Source: Pelagomonas calceolata (lineage: Eukaryota). Taken from it: DNA of 64,000 bases. The stretch spans positions 4,898,001-4,962,000 of the forward strand of contig CAKKNE010000004.1 in the NCBI GenBank assembly GCA_918797485.1, in the 5' to 3' direction. This document shows positions 22,395-35,500 of the stretch, piece by piece. The number at the start of each line of letters is the position of its first letter. Position 1 is the first letter of the stretch. The notes beneath the pieces are model-generated. The model was given only the letters and a program-made list of their open reading frames with translations, did not search any database and was not told the origin of the DNA. A program made the translations under genes and the position numbers.

Positions 22395-23430
22395 TCAGCC
22401 GGACGACGGGCTCCGCAGGTCGAGCACGAAGATCGACTCGAGGCAGTCCTGGATGGCGAGGCGCGTGCGCTTGAAGTCGTCGATGTCGTCCATGTAGTGT
22501 CCGCTCTTCGAAAGACTGACAGTCACGTCCTCCGTCTTGATCCGGTTCGCGAGGCGCACGGCCGTCGTGTAGGGCACCTCCTCGTCCTCGAGGCCGTGCA
22601 GGAGTCTAACGGGGCACTGGACGTCTAGGCCGCCGTCGGGGCCCTTTAGCAGTAGGTGATCGCGCGCGTCCTCGATCAGCTTGCGCGAGATCGGATACGA
22701 ACAATCACCCCACTTGATGAGCTCCATGCCCTGTGCGGAAAGCGACCGGTGAGCCTCGATGGCCGGGCAGGCCTCGCGTCGATGGCGTGTTGATGTCTGC
22801 GCTGCTGCGTGCATCCATGATCCTCTCGATGACGTCGGGCTTGAGCCTCTTCAGGAGCAGGTCCTCCGTGAAGTCGGGGTCGGCCGCGAGACCAACGACG
22901 CCACCGACGAGCTCGGGATCTGTTTGAGCGAGCCGTACGGCTATCCACCCACCAACTCCGGCGCCGACGAGCACGACGCGGCGGTGGTCGTTCGGCGAGG
23001 CAACCGTTTCGATCAACTGCTTCGTATCGGCGAGCCACTTCGAGAGACAAGCCTCCTCGATGTTACCCTTCGAGCGTCCCACGCCGTGGTAATCGGCCAC
23101 GACGAAGCTATATTTGTTCTTGCGGCACCAGGTCCGCAAGGAAGAAGACATGGCGTTCACTTTCGGCAGAGCAAGAGACGGCAAAAACACGATAGCCGCG
23201 GGATCTCCGCCGGCTGGCGCGTGCTCCGCGTCAAAGACGATGTCCGACGTGCCATCCGTGCTCTTCAATATGAGATCTCGCCCAGAGGTCTCCCAATTTG
23301 TGCGGTCCACTGCGGAGACGACCGCCGAGCGGAGCGCCGTGGGACTGCTTACGCTGCGAGCCGGCGCCGCGCGAGGGGCCATGCGCTGTAGCGCGCCCGC
23401 AAACGCGGGAACGAGTGCTAGCACCCTCAT
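22395..23430 (-). CDS. Alpha/beta hydrolase, ABHD10-like, with an N-terminal signal; one GC-AG intron (22731-22812)
   Basis: [49 protein letters not shown]; splicing leaves 954 nt in frame. Confidence 0.8.
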
Positions 23431-23575
23431 CCTCTGCGGTCACAAGCTACGCTGAAATGGGACGGCTCTGGGCGCGTCGAGAAGCTCGGACGCGGCTCTG
23501 GGCTTTTGCTAGTGTCTTACATGACGCTAGCGGATTCCTAAACGAAGAAAGAGTCTTTATAGATAGTTAAGTACA

Positions 23576-25649
23576 CTACTTGCGCCCGCCGATGGCGTCC
23601 AGCGCCCGCGCGACGGAGGGGTGGGAGGCGTCTTCATAGAGCACGAGCCGCGGCTGGAGGTGTTGCCTCCCGCACGTCCGCACCGCCTCGTCCCACGTGA
23701 CGGCGGCCCGCATTTCCGGCGGCCCGTCGGACGCAGCGTTTGCATACTTGCTCTTGGACCCGCGGCTCGGCCGCGCGCCGCCGGACAGGTGCGGCAGGTC
23801 GTTGAAAAAGAGGAACGCGTCGCTCGTCTGCCGCTTGACGTAGGCTACGTAGTGCTGAAGCCGGTGGCAGTAGCAGACGAGCGCGTAGAGGGCGATGGGC
23901 GCGTCGGGCTGCGGTGTGAAGGCGCGTGCGAGCGCCTCGATCCGAGCCGCGTCGCGCGTCGGCGGCCAGGCGAGGTCGAGGGCGATGATGGACGCCCCGG
24001 CCCGAACGACCGGCGGCGGTGTCACCGTGGCGGCGCCCGTGGACCGTCCCCGCCGCGGCCGTGCCGGCGCACCGGGCCGCGGCGTCTCGGGCGCGGCGGC
24101 GAGCGGCGTCGCCAGGGCGTGCACCAATAATGCCTGGACCCGCGCCGTGTCGATGCCGTCGCCCCAGGGCACGGGCTGGATGCGGTACAAATCGGAGAGG
24201 CAGCGCGCTTGCGACGGGACATTCGGGTGGTCCAGCGCCCGCTGCACGGCCGAGAGCGCGTCGCTCGTGTCGCCGAAGCCGTGGCGGTCGCCCTCGGGCG
24301 CGAAGGCCTCGGCCAGCCGCGCCGGCGAGACGCTGTCCGCCTGGTCGAGGTCGGGCACCGTGTCCACCGAGGCCCCGATTCTAGCCTTCTTCGGCGGCGG
24401 CGGCGCGTGCGACGCGAGCGTCTGGCGGTACTCGCGCCACGTGTCCACGAGGGCCTCGATCTTCGGCGCGCCGGGCGTGTCCCATTCACTGGTCTCGAGC
24501 GCGCCCGCCTCCAGGGCCGCCTCGAAGCACGTGTGCCACGCACGCGAGTGCCACAATACTTGAAACGCGCACGAGAGCCAGCAGGACTTGGCGCGGGGGT
24601 TGGCGAAGGGCGCGTGCACGTAAGACCGCGACGGCTGGATGGAGCTGCCCGTCGGCGCCGCAGGGGTTTTTGGCACCGGGGGCACGCTCGGCGCCGGCGC
24701 CGGCGACGCCGCGATTTGCGCGCGCCGCGCGCGCGCCGCCAGCGCCTCCAAAAATAGGCCCGCGCGCGCAGCGTCGAAGCCGCAGCGCGGGCCCGAGAGC
24801 TCGCGCGCAACGGCCGCGCGGGCAGCGTCGTCGGCCGCGGCCTCGCAGCGCTGGAGCAGCGCCGCGGACACGCGCACGACGCCGGCCCGCGGCTGCTCGC
24901 CGTCCTGGTAGAGCTGGCGCCGCCCGTCGTCCGTCGCGTCGAGGCGGCAGAAGCCCGCCCGCGCGAGCTCCTCCTCGGTCCCGTCGGCGCGCTTGACGGC
25001 GACGACCTGTGTGGAAATCAGAATTTACGGCGCGTTCGCGTCGACCTCCACGCCATCGACGACGCACCCGCCACACTGGTTGATTTCCACACAGGCCACG
25101 ACGTGGACCCACCCTCCCCGCGGCGTCGCCGCGCCGCCCGGCGCCACCGCGCCGTCGCCCTCCCTTAAGTCCGTGAGGGGTGCGGATCTCAAATCCCGGC
25201 CCGACAGCACGGGCCACGCGCCGAAGCGCCCGCCGTAGACGAGGCGGTACGTCCGGCGCCCCGCGCGCTCCCGCTCGCGCGCCGCCTCGAGCGCCGCGTC
25301 ATCCTCTGCGGCTCGCCGCCGCGTGTCCTCGCCCACGGCGCCGATCCTGCCCCGGAGGCCGTTGATCCGCCGCGACTTGACGAACTGGACGACCGCCGCC
25401 TCCGTCGAGAAGTAGTCCCGGCCCTCGAGCGCGCCCTTGCGGAGCGACGTGTTCGCGCCCGGCCGGAAGTACGAGTAGGGGTGGAGGCCGGAGCCCTGCT
25501 TCCAGGTCCAGCCGACCTGCTTTAATCTCGCCCACATGATGTTGAAGGGCAGCTCGTGCCTGTGTGAGGTGCGCCTCGGGCGCGTCGCTTCGAAGACAGG
25601 GGACGCCGGAAACGCGCAACTCGACGAACTCGCCGCTCGGGCCCAGCAT
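23576..25649 (-). CDS. USP/peptidase C19-like cysteine protease with an N-terminal W..L...GW.W...Y.RPG...G.DYF domain; 2 introns (25560-25617 GC-AG, 25007-25102)
   Basis: Cys box PFANPRAKSCWLSCAFQVLWH; His box YALVCY...HYVAYVKR...FFND; splicing leaves 1,920 nt in frame from ATG 25649. Confidence 0.7.
25007..25102 (-). mobile_element. Introner element with perfect 14-bp TIRs and an 8-bp TSD, forming a GT-AG intron
   Basis: Element 25007-25094 CTGTGTGGAAATCA...TGATTTCCACACAG; flanks gcgacgac (24999-25006) and gccacgac (25095-25102). Confidence 0.92.
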
Positions 25650-26134
25650 CTTTGCTCGGCTCTGTTTGGCTTCGCTCTCCCCGGCGGCGTTCTTTTCCGG
25701 TCTTCTGGCTGGATCTTGCGCCGACGGCGTTGATTTTGTAGCAGGTCCTCTCCCTGACTTTTTGTTTGCAGGTTCGCCTCCCGCGCTATTTTCGGCTCAG
25801 CGACTTTGTCGCGTGCAGTGCCGTGCTGCAGGGGTGTCCCACAGTTGTCTGTAGCAGCAGTAGCGAGGCCCAGGTGCAACGCGAAGGCGTAATCTGCGAG
25901 TAGCTGCTGATGAGCAGCCGAGTGCGAGGGCGGAGCGGACGTCCGGCGAGCCAGGCCTCGGAGCCCTCGTCCGGCCCAACGTATCCGTAGGCGAGTGATC
26001 CGGACGCAAAAGCGGGAAATTTTCGGACCCGGCCAATCCGCCCGCCCGCGTCCACAGTCCTAGCACTCCTAGCACCTAGACAACACATCGAGAGGAGAGC
26101 ACGGATGTACTAAGTTAAGCCGACCGACGCCTAC

Positions 26135-27589
26135 CTAGGCCGACGCCGGCGGTATAGGCGGGTCCTCGTCCATGCCGTCGTCGAAGCAGAGCCGCTCGAC
26201 GGCGAGCGTCTCCAGATCTAAAACGGCGCAGACGCCCGTCTCCGCGAAGGACGGCAGGCACACCAGGCGCGCGCAGGCCTCGCCCGCTTTCGTGGAAGCG
26301 AGGGACGTGGCGAAGGCCGGCGCGGCGCCACTAATAAGAATGTCGGGCGGGTCCTCAAGCACAAAGGGATCGCCGTCCTTGAAGGGATACGACGGTAAAG
26401 TATCGGGCGCGGTGGGCGCGGCATGGCGCCACCAGAGCGTGTCTTCCAAGCAGGCGAGGAAGGCATCATCACTATCGCCGTCGACGTGGCGTTCTTTACA
26501 TTTCGCGCCGTCCCCCATTACTCGCTCGGCGCCGCCTTGCTCGTAGGACGCCGACCTCAAAAAGTCGGTGACGGGCTGGCCCGCGTGCGCTAACAGAGCA
26601 CGGCCGCCGACGGTTGATTCGCAGGGGTTGGTCAGCGAGGTAAAGGTCGAGTAGCGGTTCGCCTCCGGGAGTAGCAGCGGGTGTAAGGGCTGCTGCGGCA
26701 GCGCGAAGGACGTCGGGTCGCGGGCCCCCGGTAAGCAAGCCGTCGGGAGGAGGGAAGCTAGTCTAGCAAGTCGCACGTCGGCGGCGCGCACCGGCGCGAG
26801 GACCGTGTGCTTGTCCTCCGTGTCGCCGTTCTTGTTGTCCAAAGCGCGCGCTGTGCGCTCCCTACCTTTGGCCGCCGCCGGATCGAGGCAGACGACATCC
26901 CCAACACAGAAGCAGCGCGCGACGCTTCTCGTGAACTCGTCATCATCAGAAAGCCGGCCCCCGAGCCAGTCCGTCAAGAGCGCGAAGCGCGCCATGGCCT
27001 TGAGCTCCGTGGCGCGGTCCTCACCGCTATAGGCTAGACCACCGATCAACAACACCTTGGCGCCGTCGCTCTCCATCGGACTCGACTGAGGCTTTCGGAA
27101 GCCGCATCCGACCAAACGCTCGACCTCGAAGCCTGTTTGAGTGTTCTTTCCTACACAGGCGACGGGCAGGCCCGTCACGAGCGTCCTTGAATCGACTTTC
27201 AGCAGTTTGAGGCGGCCGCTCTCGTCCTCCAATACAATTTCGTCGTCCGGCGCCGCTAGCGAAGAGGGAGGCGCCGCCTTGGCGCCGAACAACTCCCTAT
27301 TGCCCTCGATGACGTCGGGCCGCTGCGAGCACGCCTTGAACGTCGTTCCGAGGACGACGAGCCTCTGGTCGCCCTTGGCCTCGGCGGCCTGGACGACGCG
27401 GCCCACTATCTTAATACCGGGGAAAGCTTTCCGGGCCGCCTTTTCCAATTCGCCCCGTAAAGCGGCTGCTCTCTTGTTGTAGACGTGCGAGTACTGCTGG
27501 ACGTAGCTGCGCTGGCCCGGCGCGACGCTGTACTTGTGGCTCGTTTTGGCGTCGAAGGGCGCCGTGAGACGCGCGAGCTGTGCTGCCAT
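26135..27589 (-). CDS. POLD2: DNA polymerase delta small (regulatory) subunit
   Basis: YVQQYSHVY, LEDESGRLKL, LVTG, PGARDPT...LPQQPLHP, TNP, HAAPTAPDTL..YPF..GDPFVLE, LPSFAETG. Confidence 0.93.
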   Translation of the reverse strand: MAAQLARLTAPFDAKTSHKYSVAPGQRSYVQQYSHVYNKRAAALRGELEKAARKAFPGIKIVGRVVQAAEAKGDQRLVVLGTTFKACSQRPDVIEGNRELFGAKAAPPSSLAAPDDEIVLEDESGRLKLLKVDSRTLVTGLPVACVGKNTQTGFEVERLVGCGFRKPQSSPMESDGAKVLLIGGLAYSGEDRATELKAMARFALLTDWLGGRLSDDDEFTRSVARCFCVGDVVCLDPAAAKGRERTARALDNKNGDTEDKHTVLAPVRAADVRLARLASLLPTACLPGARDPTSFALPQQPLHPLLLPEANRYSTFTSLTNPCESTVGGRALLAHAGQPVTDFLRSASYEQGGAERVMGDGAKCKERHVDGDSDDAFLACLEDTLWWRHAAPTAPDTLPSYPFKDGDPFVLEDPPDILISGAAPAFATSLASTKAGEACARLVCLPSFAETGVCAVLDLETLAVERLCFDDGMDEDPPIPPASA

Positions 27590-29515
27590 GACTATCCGGT
27601 ATCAGGCGCGGCGCCGGCGCGGCCAGGTGTGAGATGGATTTTGAAATCTGCTGGCTCAGCGGAGCTCCTGCGGCGTGTCGCGGCGCAGGGCGTCGACGCA
27701 GCGCTACGGCTTGCTGTGACAATGCTGTCTTGTTGACGCAGCGGTCTGCGCGTCGCTACGACCCCCCTGCAATCAAAACTCGGGCGCGCGAGATGCGAGC
27801 TAGCGGCATGTAAGACACTAGCAAGCAAATTCGGAACGCGCATGCAGCCGATTGAGTATCCTTCAGTTCGCCACTGGTCCAAAGAGAGCAATGGGACACG
27901 TACTGGGGGCCGAAAAACGAAATTTTTTAATTCGCGCTGACGATGGTGCCATGGTCATGGCGGCCGCGCCCGATTAATTCTGTCAATCCCTGCCCAAGAG
28001 GTCTCCCTGGGGTCGCCTAGGGTCGGTACTATACACGTGCAAGCGCCTGCGCCGCATGCGCCGCCGCTTCAAGCATTTTTGGCCGATTTCTCTCAGCAGC
28101 ACGCGGCGTTTTAGCAGGTTTAGCCGGTCTGGCTTTTCAGAGCTCTCCGAGAGCACTAGGCTGCCGCATCGACGGCGTATGCGGTGCAGGCGCGTACCCA
28201 CAACCAGACCTACCCCGAGAGGCCACCAGGAGCCGATCTGCCCCCGGAAAAAGTGTGCAATTTGGACCCGATGGCGCCCCGTCCCCGTAAAAAACGTCAA
28301 TTTCTCTAGGGCCCCAGGAATCGTAATAGCGGTCTCGCTGGGTCCCATACTACCCCACCGATAGTCAACTACAAGTATTTGACATCTACATTATAAGAAG
28401 GGTACTTTTGGCTGCCCACGCTTGGGACGTGAACATCTTGATCTGGACCTCGCACAAGTCGGTCGGTCATGGAACAAACGATCGCATCATGGTCCATGGT
28501 GATGGTACACGCGCTGCTGGTCGCAGGTCCAGGTATTTAGCGTCGAATTGACGTGATGTTGTGGTCCCGAGACCGACGACCCGCGCCGAGCATCTTTGGG
28601 TCTCGGAGCAATGTAGTACACGCACAGGCCGGTTATCTGGCCCGTCCCGTAACCGAAGCGCCTGAAACGCAAATTTATTCTATAACTCACCGGTCTGGGG
28701 CCTTTCCGGTGCCCCGCGTACGTACCGTCGTCCGCGGAGAACGGGCAAGTCGGTCGATCGTGAACAGAACAACGGCGTTATGGTCCATCTATATAGTGGC
28801 GTCGCTGATACTCGCGGATTCTGGAATACCTGCCCCTTACGCCATCGAAGAGTGGCCGCGGAAATGCCGATTCGCGCGGCTCTAACGGAGCACCTAAAAT
28901 AGATGAGTATTTGTTCAATCGGCCTAGATGGACTCTAACACTAACAAACGGAAGGAAACGGACATAAACTCGGGAGTTGTCTAGTAGAATTCTTCTCCCG
29001 CCCTCCGAGCGCGGGCCGTCGGCTCCGGTTCCGTCGATTGTGGATGAAAACTGGGCTGGAGTTGATATAATGTACCAATTGGATAGTAGAAGGCGGCGTC
29101 AATCGCTGGTGAAAATTGGCAAGCCGTAAGATTCATCCGCGAATGTCGCTGGCGGTGCCTTCCGGGAGGCGCGAGGGTATGTTCCCGGGCCGCTACTCTG
29201 AAATATTTGGTCTCGGCGAACGACTAGGATGTATTCTGAATTTTGGTCGTTCTTTGAACGCTATCGAGGCGTATCGTTGGATTTGCTAGTGTGTCGATAT
29301 ACGCTAGCTCTTCTTTATGGCGGGGCCTGGTACATGGGACTACTTCGGGCGCTCGCGCAGCCATCGACGCCATCGACGCGATATATATATATATCATATA
29401 CTTATCGGGCCGGGAGGGCGGAGACCTACGCGGCGCGGGAGCCACGAGTACGCAAGGAATTCCACAGATGACCCGCTTAGGCAAGGGAGAGGCGAAGGAA
29501 GGGCCTCCATCGAAC

Positions 29516-32500
29516 CTAGGCCGTCTCGTTCGCGAGGAGCGCCACGCCCCGCAGCGTCCAGTGGTTCCGCGGCTTCTCGACCGTGCACTTCAAAGTGACG
29601 TAGAAGATGAAGCACTTGATGTCGGGGTTGCCCGGGTAGCCGTCTCCCCTAACGGGGTACTTGTAGACGGGGCACTCGTAGGGGCCGTGCTTGCCGAAGA
29701 GCTCGATGCGCCGTTTGATGGCCTCGTCCCTTACGAGACCCGACACGAAGAGCACCGGGAGGGGCACGATGAGCGTCTTCGGGACACTTTCTACTAATAA
29801 CCCTTGCTTGTTGTCCAACGCCGCGCCGTCCAGGAATAGCCCGTGCACATACACGCCTTCCGGCGGCGCCGCGCGACACTGGTCCACCCGCTCCATGGTA
29901 GTAACCTCCGTCCGGTAATCCACTTCGTCCAACGCCCACTTGTCCGCCTTATGTTTTCTAGTAACTTCCTGCTTCATCGCTGTTAAGAATCCGGTAGGAT
30001 TAAACCACCCCGTCATCCAGAACGCCGGCGGCCGCGACTTGTTGAGCCACGTGCGATCCTGGTCGTCTCGCGCGAGGAGCGACGAGAACCACTGGCCCAG
30101 CGACGGCAGGATCCAGGAGAACTCCGTGCCGCTCAAGGTGTAGATCCACGAATGCGGGACCCGAGCCCCGCCGATCGCACCTAATGCTTGCGCCAATTCA
30201 TCGGTCAAGACCACCTCGCCCTTGATCGCTAATTTGAGCTGCACGAGCTGGAAGCCGACCTTCGATAAGACATCTTGTAATCTTTGTATTTCTTGGAACA
30301 AAAATATATTTAACGGTATGGTCAGCCCGCCGAGCTTGTTGATCTTGTGCTTGTAGTCGTCCTCGTTGTACTCCTCCGGGAGGCGCGAGATGAGCTCCGT
30401 CGCTTTGCGCGTCACGGCGTCCTCGATGGACTCGCCGCCGCCCCCACCACCTTTAGGTTGCGTTTCTCCGAGCGTGGCGATCATCGCGTTCACCTCGTTG
30501 ATGCGGAAGGTCAGTTCGGCGTTGGGATGGAGACCGGAAATTTCCGGCGAGTCGGCCTCCGGGAACGTCTCGATGTAGTCCTGTGTGGCACGACGCCGTC
30601 GCGATACTGTCTCCGTTCACTCACGCGACGCTCAGACTCTCGCACGGCCACGTCGACGGCGTCACGGCGGTGTGGCATCGCGTTGACGCCATCGACGCGA
30701 AGTTGAAGTTCGGAAAACGTGAGAAAAAGACGCTGAGTCACGGACCTTGAAGGGCTTGAGTTCCGTATGTCCGGGCACCGTATACTTGTAGTTCTGGGGG
30801 ATGGGCATCACTGGTGCAGAGGGCGTATACGAAAAACCTTCCTCGCAGACGCCGGGCCTCAAAAACTCCTCCGCGTACGTGTTGAACATGCGGCGGTCGA
30901 CCGAGTCCGTTATTTTGCCTCCGTACTGGACCTCGCTCACCATGTACTGTAATGTGGACCAAGAAATGGGCCCGGCATACAAATGCCCTTCCAAGAACAA
31001 GATACACGCCGTCAGGTCCGCCGTGTTGTACTCGTACTTGATGCACCAGCCTGCGTGGCACGGACGCCGTCGCGATACTGTCTCCGTTCACTCACGCGAC
31101 GCGCAGACTCTCGCACGGCCACGTCGACGGCGTCACGGTGTCGGAACGTCGCATTGACGCCATCGACGCGAAGTTGAAGTTGAGAAACTCGAAGAAAATG
31201 ACGCTGAGTCAGCACCGATCGCGCCGAACTTTCGCCGCTCCTGAACCACGCTATGGAGGAAGGATAGACCGAACAGCAGCTTGCGCCACTGCTCCGTCTC
31301 GACCCTCTCTAACCTCTCTTGATCTACTGTGACCGTATACGTACGTAAGAGTCCGGCTTTTAAACCCATCGGCGGTTCATTAGTTACTTTCGTACTCATC
31401 TGCAGCAAGCCCAAAGGAAAGTCCTTGTGCGGCAGGCACGTGATGAATAATCTAAAGTTCGGATCGATGGCCTCCATCTTCGCGAACATCTGCGTGGGAC
31501 CGACGCCGTCACGAGGCGCGTCGACGCTCGTGTGATCATGAAGACGGCGTCATGACGCCATCGACGCGAAGTTCAAGTTGAGAAATTCAAGGAAACGGAC
31601 GCGGAGTCCGCACCTGCTCCATGTCCGCCATGAGCTCTAAAGCCAATTCGCAGTTCTGGAGCATGACCCACAGACCTTCTTGCGCGGCCCCGTTCAACGC
31701 TTTGATGGCGACGGGCTCCTGGCCCTCGCCCAGACTGATGACGGCGGGCGGCGGCAGCTTCTTCTTCCTTGCTAGGAGTTCAATGGACTCCGTCGGGTCC
31801 ACGCCCGCAGACAGTAGGAAAATAGTAGGCACCTCGGCGCACGACTCGTCGTAGGTCATCTCCATGGTATCTGTGACCGGTTCAACAAATCTAGGACCCA
31901 TCTGGGGCGTCGCCTTGATGAAGTCGCGCGCCTGCGGGATGCACCGGTCCATGCGGAGCATCCGGACCACTAGTAATCGCAAAAAGGGTCCGATCTCGAC
32001 GTTCTCCGAAATCCTCGTTTCGTAGTCGGGGATAGCTAATTGCTCGGGCTCGTTGTCCTCGTACCACTTCCTCCAAATACTTTCGTTCGCACCTGCGCGG
32101 AGCATTTCGAGTCAAGAACGGCCTCAAAAATCAAAAAGAAACCGCCCACCGCCATGATTCTAGGAAACGAGTCGTATTAATGAAGTGAAACCACCACAAC
32201 ACGACGGGACGCCGAGATACGCACTCATATCAGAAGGCATGTTCGCGAAAAATTTGAGCGCGTCCGCTAAGGCGAGAATGTTCAGCCAGGAATCGTTCGT
32301 CATCCAGCCGAAGGGCTTGCGCTTCGCCGTGTTGATGTCCAAAGCCGCGCCTCCTCGTAAGAACAGCGTCACGTCGCCGGACTTCAATAAACCGGCAGTG
32401 ACCAAAATCTTCAGCGTACAGATCAAGATAAACGTAAGTTTGTCCTTCTCGTACAACCCCCGATTAATATAGCGGTACGTGATGTACGTCATGCAGTCAA

Positions 32501-35500
32501 TAATATTTTCGACGCGTTTCGACGCCAGAGAAGCCCGCTCGGCCTTGTCCATGCTGGACATAAACAGCCCCAAAAACTGAGCTAATGAGGTTTGATACAT
32601 GGGATTGACGGCGGACATCTCGACGATGGCAAAATACAAGCACGAGCCCCGCGTCGCCACTGGTCTAAATTGTTCCCTCTTCTCATTAATGCTGATCTTC
32701 GTCTCGTCGGCGGCCTTCAACTTCTCGCCGACCTCCTGGGCCTTCGCCTTCGTCGAGGCGAGGACATCCACTAATTCCTCGTCGTCTAGGAGGTTCCCCG
32801 TGTTACTCGTGAGTCTTTCGAGTAACGAAGCGTCCAGCGCCAAGAGACTCTTCGTGTTGGCGTTGACCTCCTGCAGCACTAAAGCTAGTTGCTCCTCCAA
32901 AGCGCGCTGCTCCTTGCCGATCACTTTCCCGAGGAGCTGCTCCTCGAGGCCCTTTTGCGTGACCTGTGTGCGAAACTGTCGCGAAACTGCCGCAGCTCTC
33001 TCACGCGAGGTGTAGACGCTCTGATCATCATGAAGACGCCCTCGTCCCAAAGTTCAAGTTGAGAAATGGATTTACATTTGACGCCGAGTCACGGACCGTG
33101 AAGTCGACGACCGTCGTCTTCGCCTGGAGCTCCGGCGAGAAGGTCGGGTTCGGCAGTCTCGTAATAAAATAGGCCATGAAGGCCATGTCGTAGTCCATCT
33201 GCTTGTCGGAGATCGTGATGATGTACCTGCGGGGCGTCGGCGGCTCGGGACGCCGTCGGCGCGACGCGAACGCGTCTTCCAGAGACTCAACATCGGACAA
33301 GGAGACGAGTCGTATCAATGAAGTAAGACGCCGCGAGCGCGCCGCCGGCCCTTTTGCACGTACTCCTTCTCCAAGACGGGGTCGAACATCGGGTCGATCT
33401 CGTTCTCGACGCCTAATACAATAAAGGCCTTGCCCTCCTGCATGGCGAACTCGAGCTTGTCCTTGATCTTCGGATCGAGGAGCTGGACCGTGGGCGACGC
33501 CGCCGGTAATCTTTCTTTCTCCCGACACGTGATCCAGCCGACGGCCTGGCCCTGGGGATCGATCAGCAGCGGGAACCGCGAACTTCGCGTCACGAGGATG
33601 CCGTTCTGGATCGACAGGGGGTCCGTCGGTAACCCTTCCTGGTTCCAGTCGCCGATCGTGCCGATGTCCGCGAGGAACTCAATAATATTCAGGTTTTGCG
33701 TCACGGGCACGTGCCGCGTCTCGCACTCGTTGCTGTACTTGTCGACGATGCAGTAGCTTCGGTACTCCTGGTTGAAGGGGCCGCAGTACGACACGAACGC
33801 GCACGCCACCGCGCAGTCGCCGACGAGCCTTAGTTTCTCCGACGCGAAGCCGTTCGCGTCCTCGGTCCAGCGCTTCTGCTCTCCACTGAGACCGCCGATC
33901 AAATCCGTGGCCTGCGTCATCTTCTTCATGAGCCTGCGCGGCGCGTCGCGTGTGGTCCGAACGGCCTCAAATTCGAAAAACAAACTACCCACGACCTCGT
34001 CTGATGGACACGAGTCGTATGAATGAAGTGAACACGTCAAGACGCCGCGACCCCACATGTTCGCGTTGTCCTCCAAAATCTTCTTCTCGCCCATCTGGCG
34101 CTCGAACATGGCCTGCGGGCGTGTCGCGTCGCGCGGCCGTCTTCATGAATCTCGACGGGGTCGTGGGGGTCGCTCTCCATCAGAGAAGGCGAAACGACGG
34201 ACGCCGGGGATCGTGCCTGCAATTCCCCCAACTTCGCGTTGACTTCGGCTAATTTCGCTTCGGCCTGCTTGAGCTTCTCGGCCGCCTCGTTTAACGACGC
34301 TTCAGCTAGTGCGAGAGCCTCTAGTTTCGGCTTGACAATACGACTAGCGTAGAAGTAGTCCTTCATCGCCGCCGCAAAAATACAAAGACCCTCCGCCGCC
34401 GACGACGCGGATTTAGCTACTTTAGGAGTGAAGTACTCGCCGCCCTCTTCGGTGCCGAGGTCGACGTACGGAAATAAAAACTCGACCGTCTCCTCGTTCA
34501 TCAGGTCTTTCCCTTCGGCCCCGAAGGCCTGGAGGTCCGTCAGGAAGTTGGCGCCGCCGAGCATGGCCTGGCCCGAGAATTTAAATGAGGTGCCAAAAAA
34601 GGGCAGGTCCTCTTTTTTGACGTAGAGCGTCTCGGGGACGACCTGCGCGGCGCGACGCCGTCGACGCGCGTCGTCGCCATCTCAGCATGCCGGGGGTGGT
34701 CTCTTCGTCGATTTCGGGCCGTGTCGAGGCGTGCCGCGGTCCCGAGGCTCTCTGACGGCCCCGTCGACGGCGTCGCGTGGGCGTGGCGTCGCGCCGACGC
34801 CATCTTCATGATATTGAAGTTCGGAAACGTTCCGAGAAAAACACCGAGTCGGCACCTTCTCGAGCGGGAGCTTAAATAAAATCAAAATGCAGTCGAAGAT
34901 CATCTTGATGATGTCCGTCGGGTTCTTGTTGGCTTTTATTTCTTGGATATCTTTCGGTTTGATGGACGCGATCGCTTTGTTGGCCTGCGCGGAGTTTTGG
35001 GGTCGTGGAGTGGTACGGGAGGATCGTGTCCGGGAATGGCGGCGGTGGGTCGTTTCTCGTTGAATTTTGAGGCGATTTCGAGGTGATTCGGTCGACGTTG
35101 CTCGACGCGGTCCGAACGGCCTCGATATCGAAAAAGAAACCACCCACGACCTCGTCTGATGGACACGAGTCGCATTGAAGTGAAGGCACCGTACGGGACG
35201 CCGCGAGCGCGCCTTGTCGACGAACGGCTGCGCCTTCGCCAAATCAATTTCCGCCAAGGCCTTCTCCTTGCCGATCCGCTCCGCATCCGCTTCGCAGGCC
35301 GCCTTGTCCTTGGCTACTTTATCTCCTTCGCGCTGCGCCTCCGCCGACGAGATCTGCAGCCCCTCGAGCATCTTATTCGTCTCCTCCGACGCGACGGCCA
35401 ATTTTTTATCTTCCTCCGCGAGCACGAGTTTCATGTCCTCCACGTCTTTACCGCCCTGCTCGAGCTTCTCGAGACCCAACAAAATGGACGCCTCCTTGTG

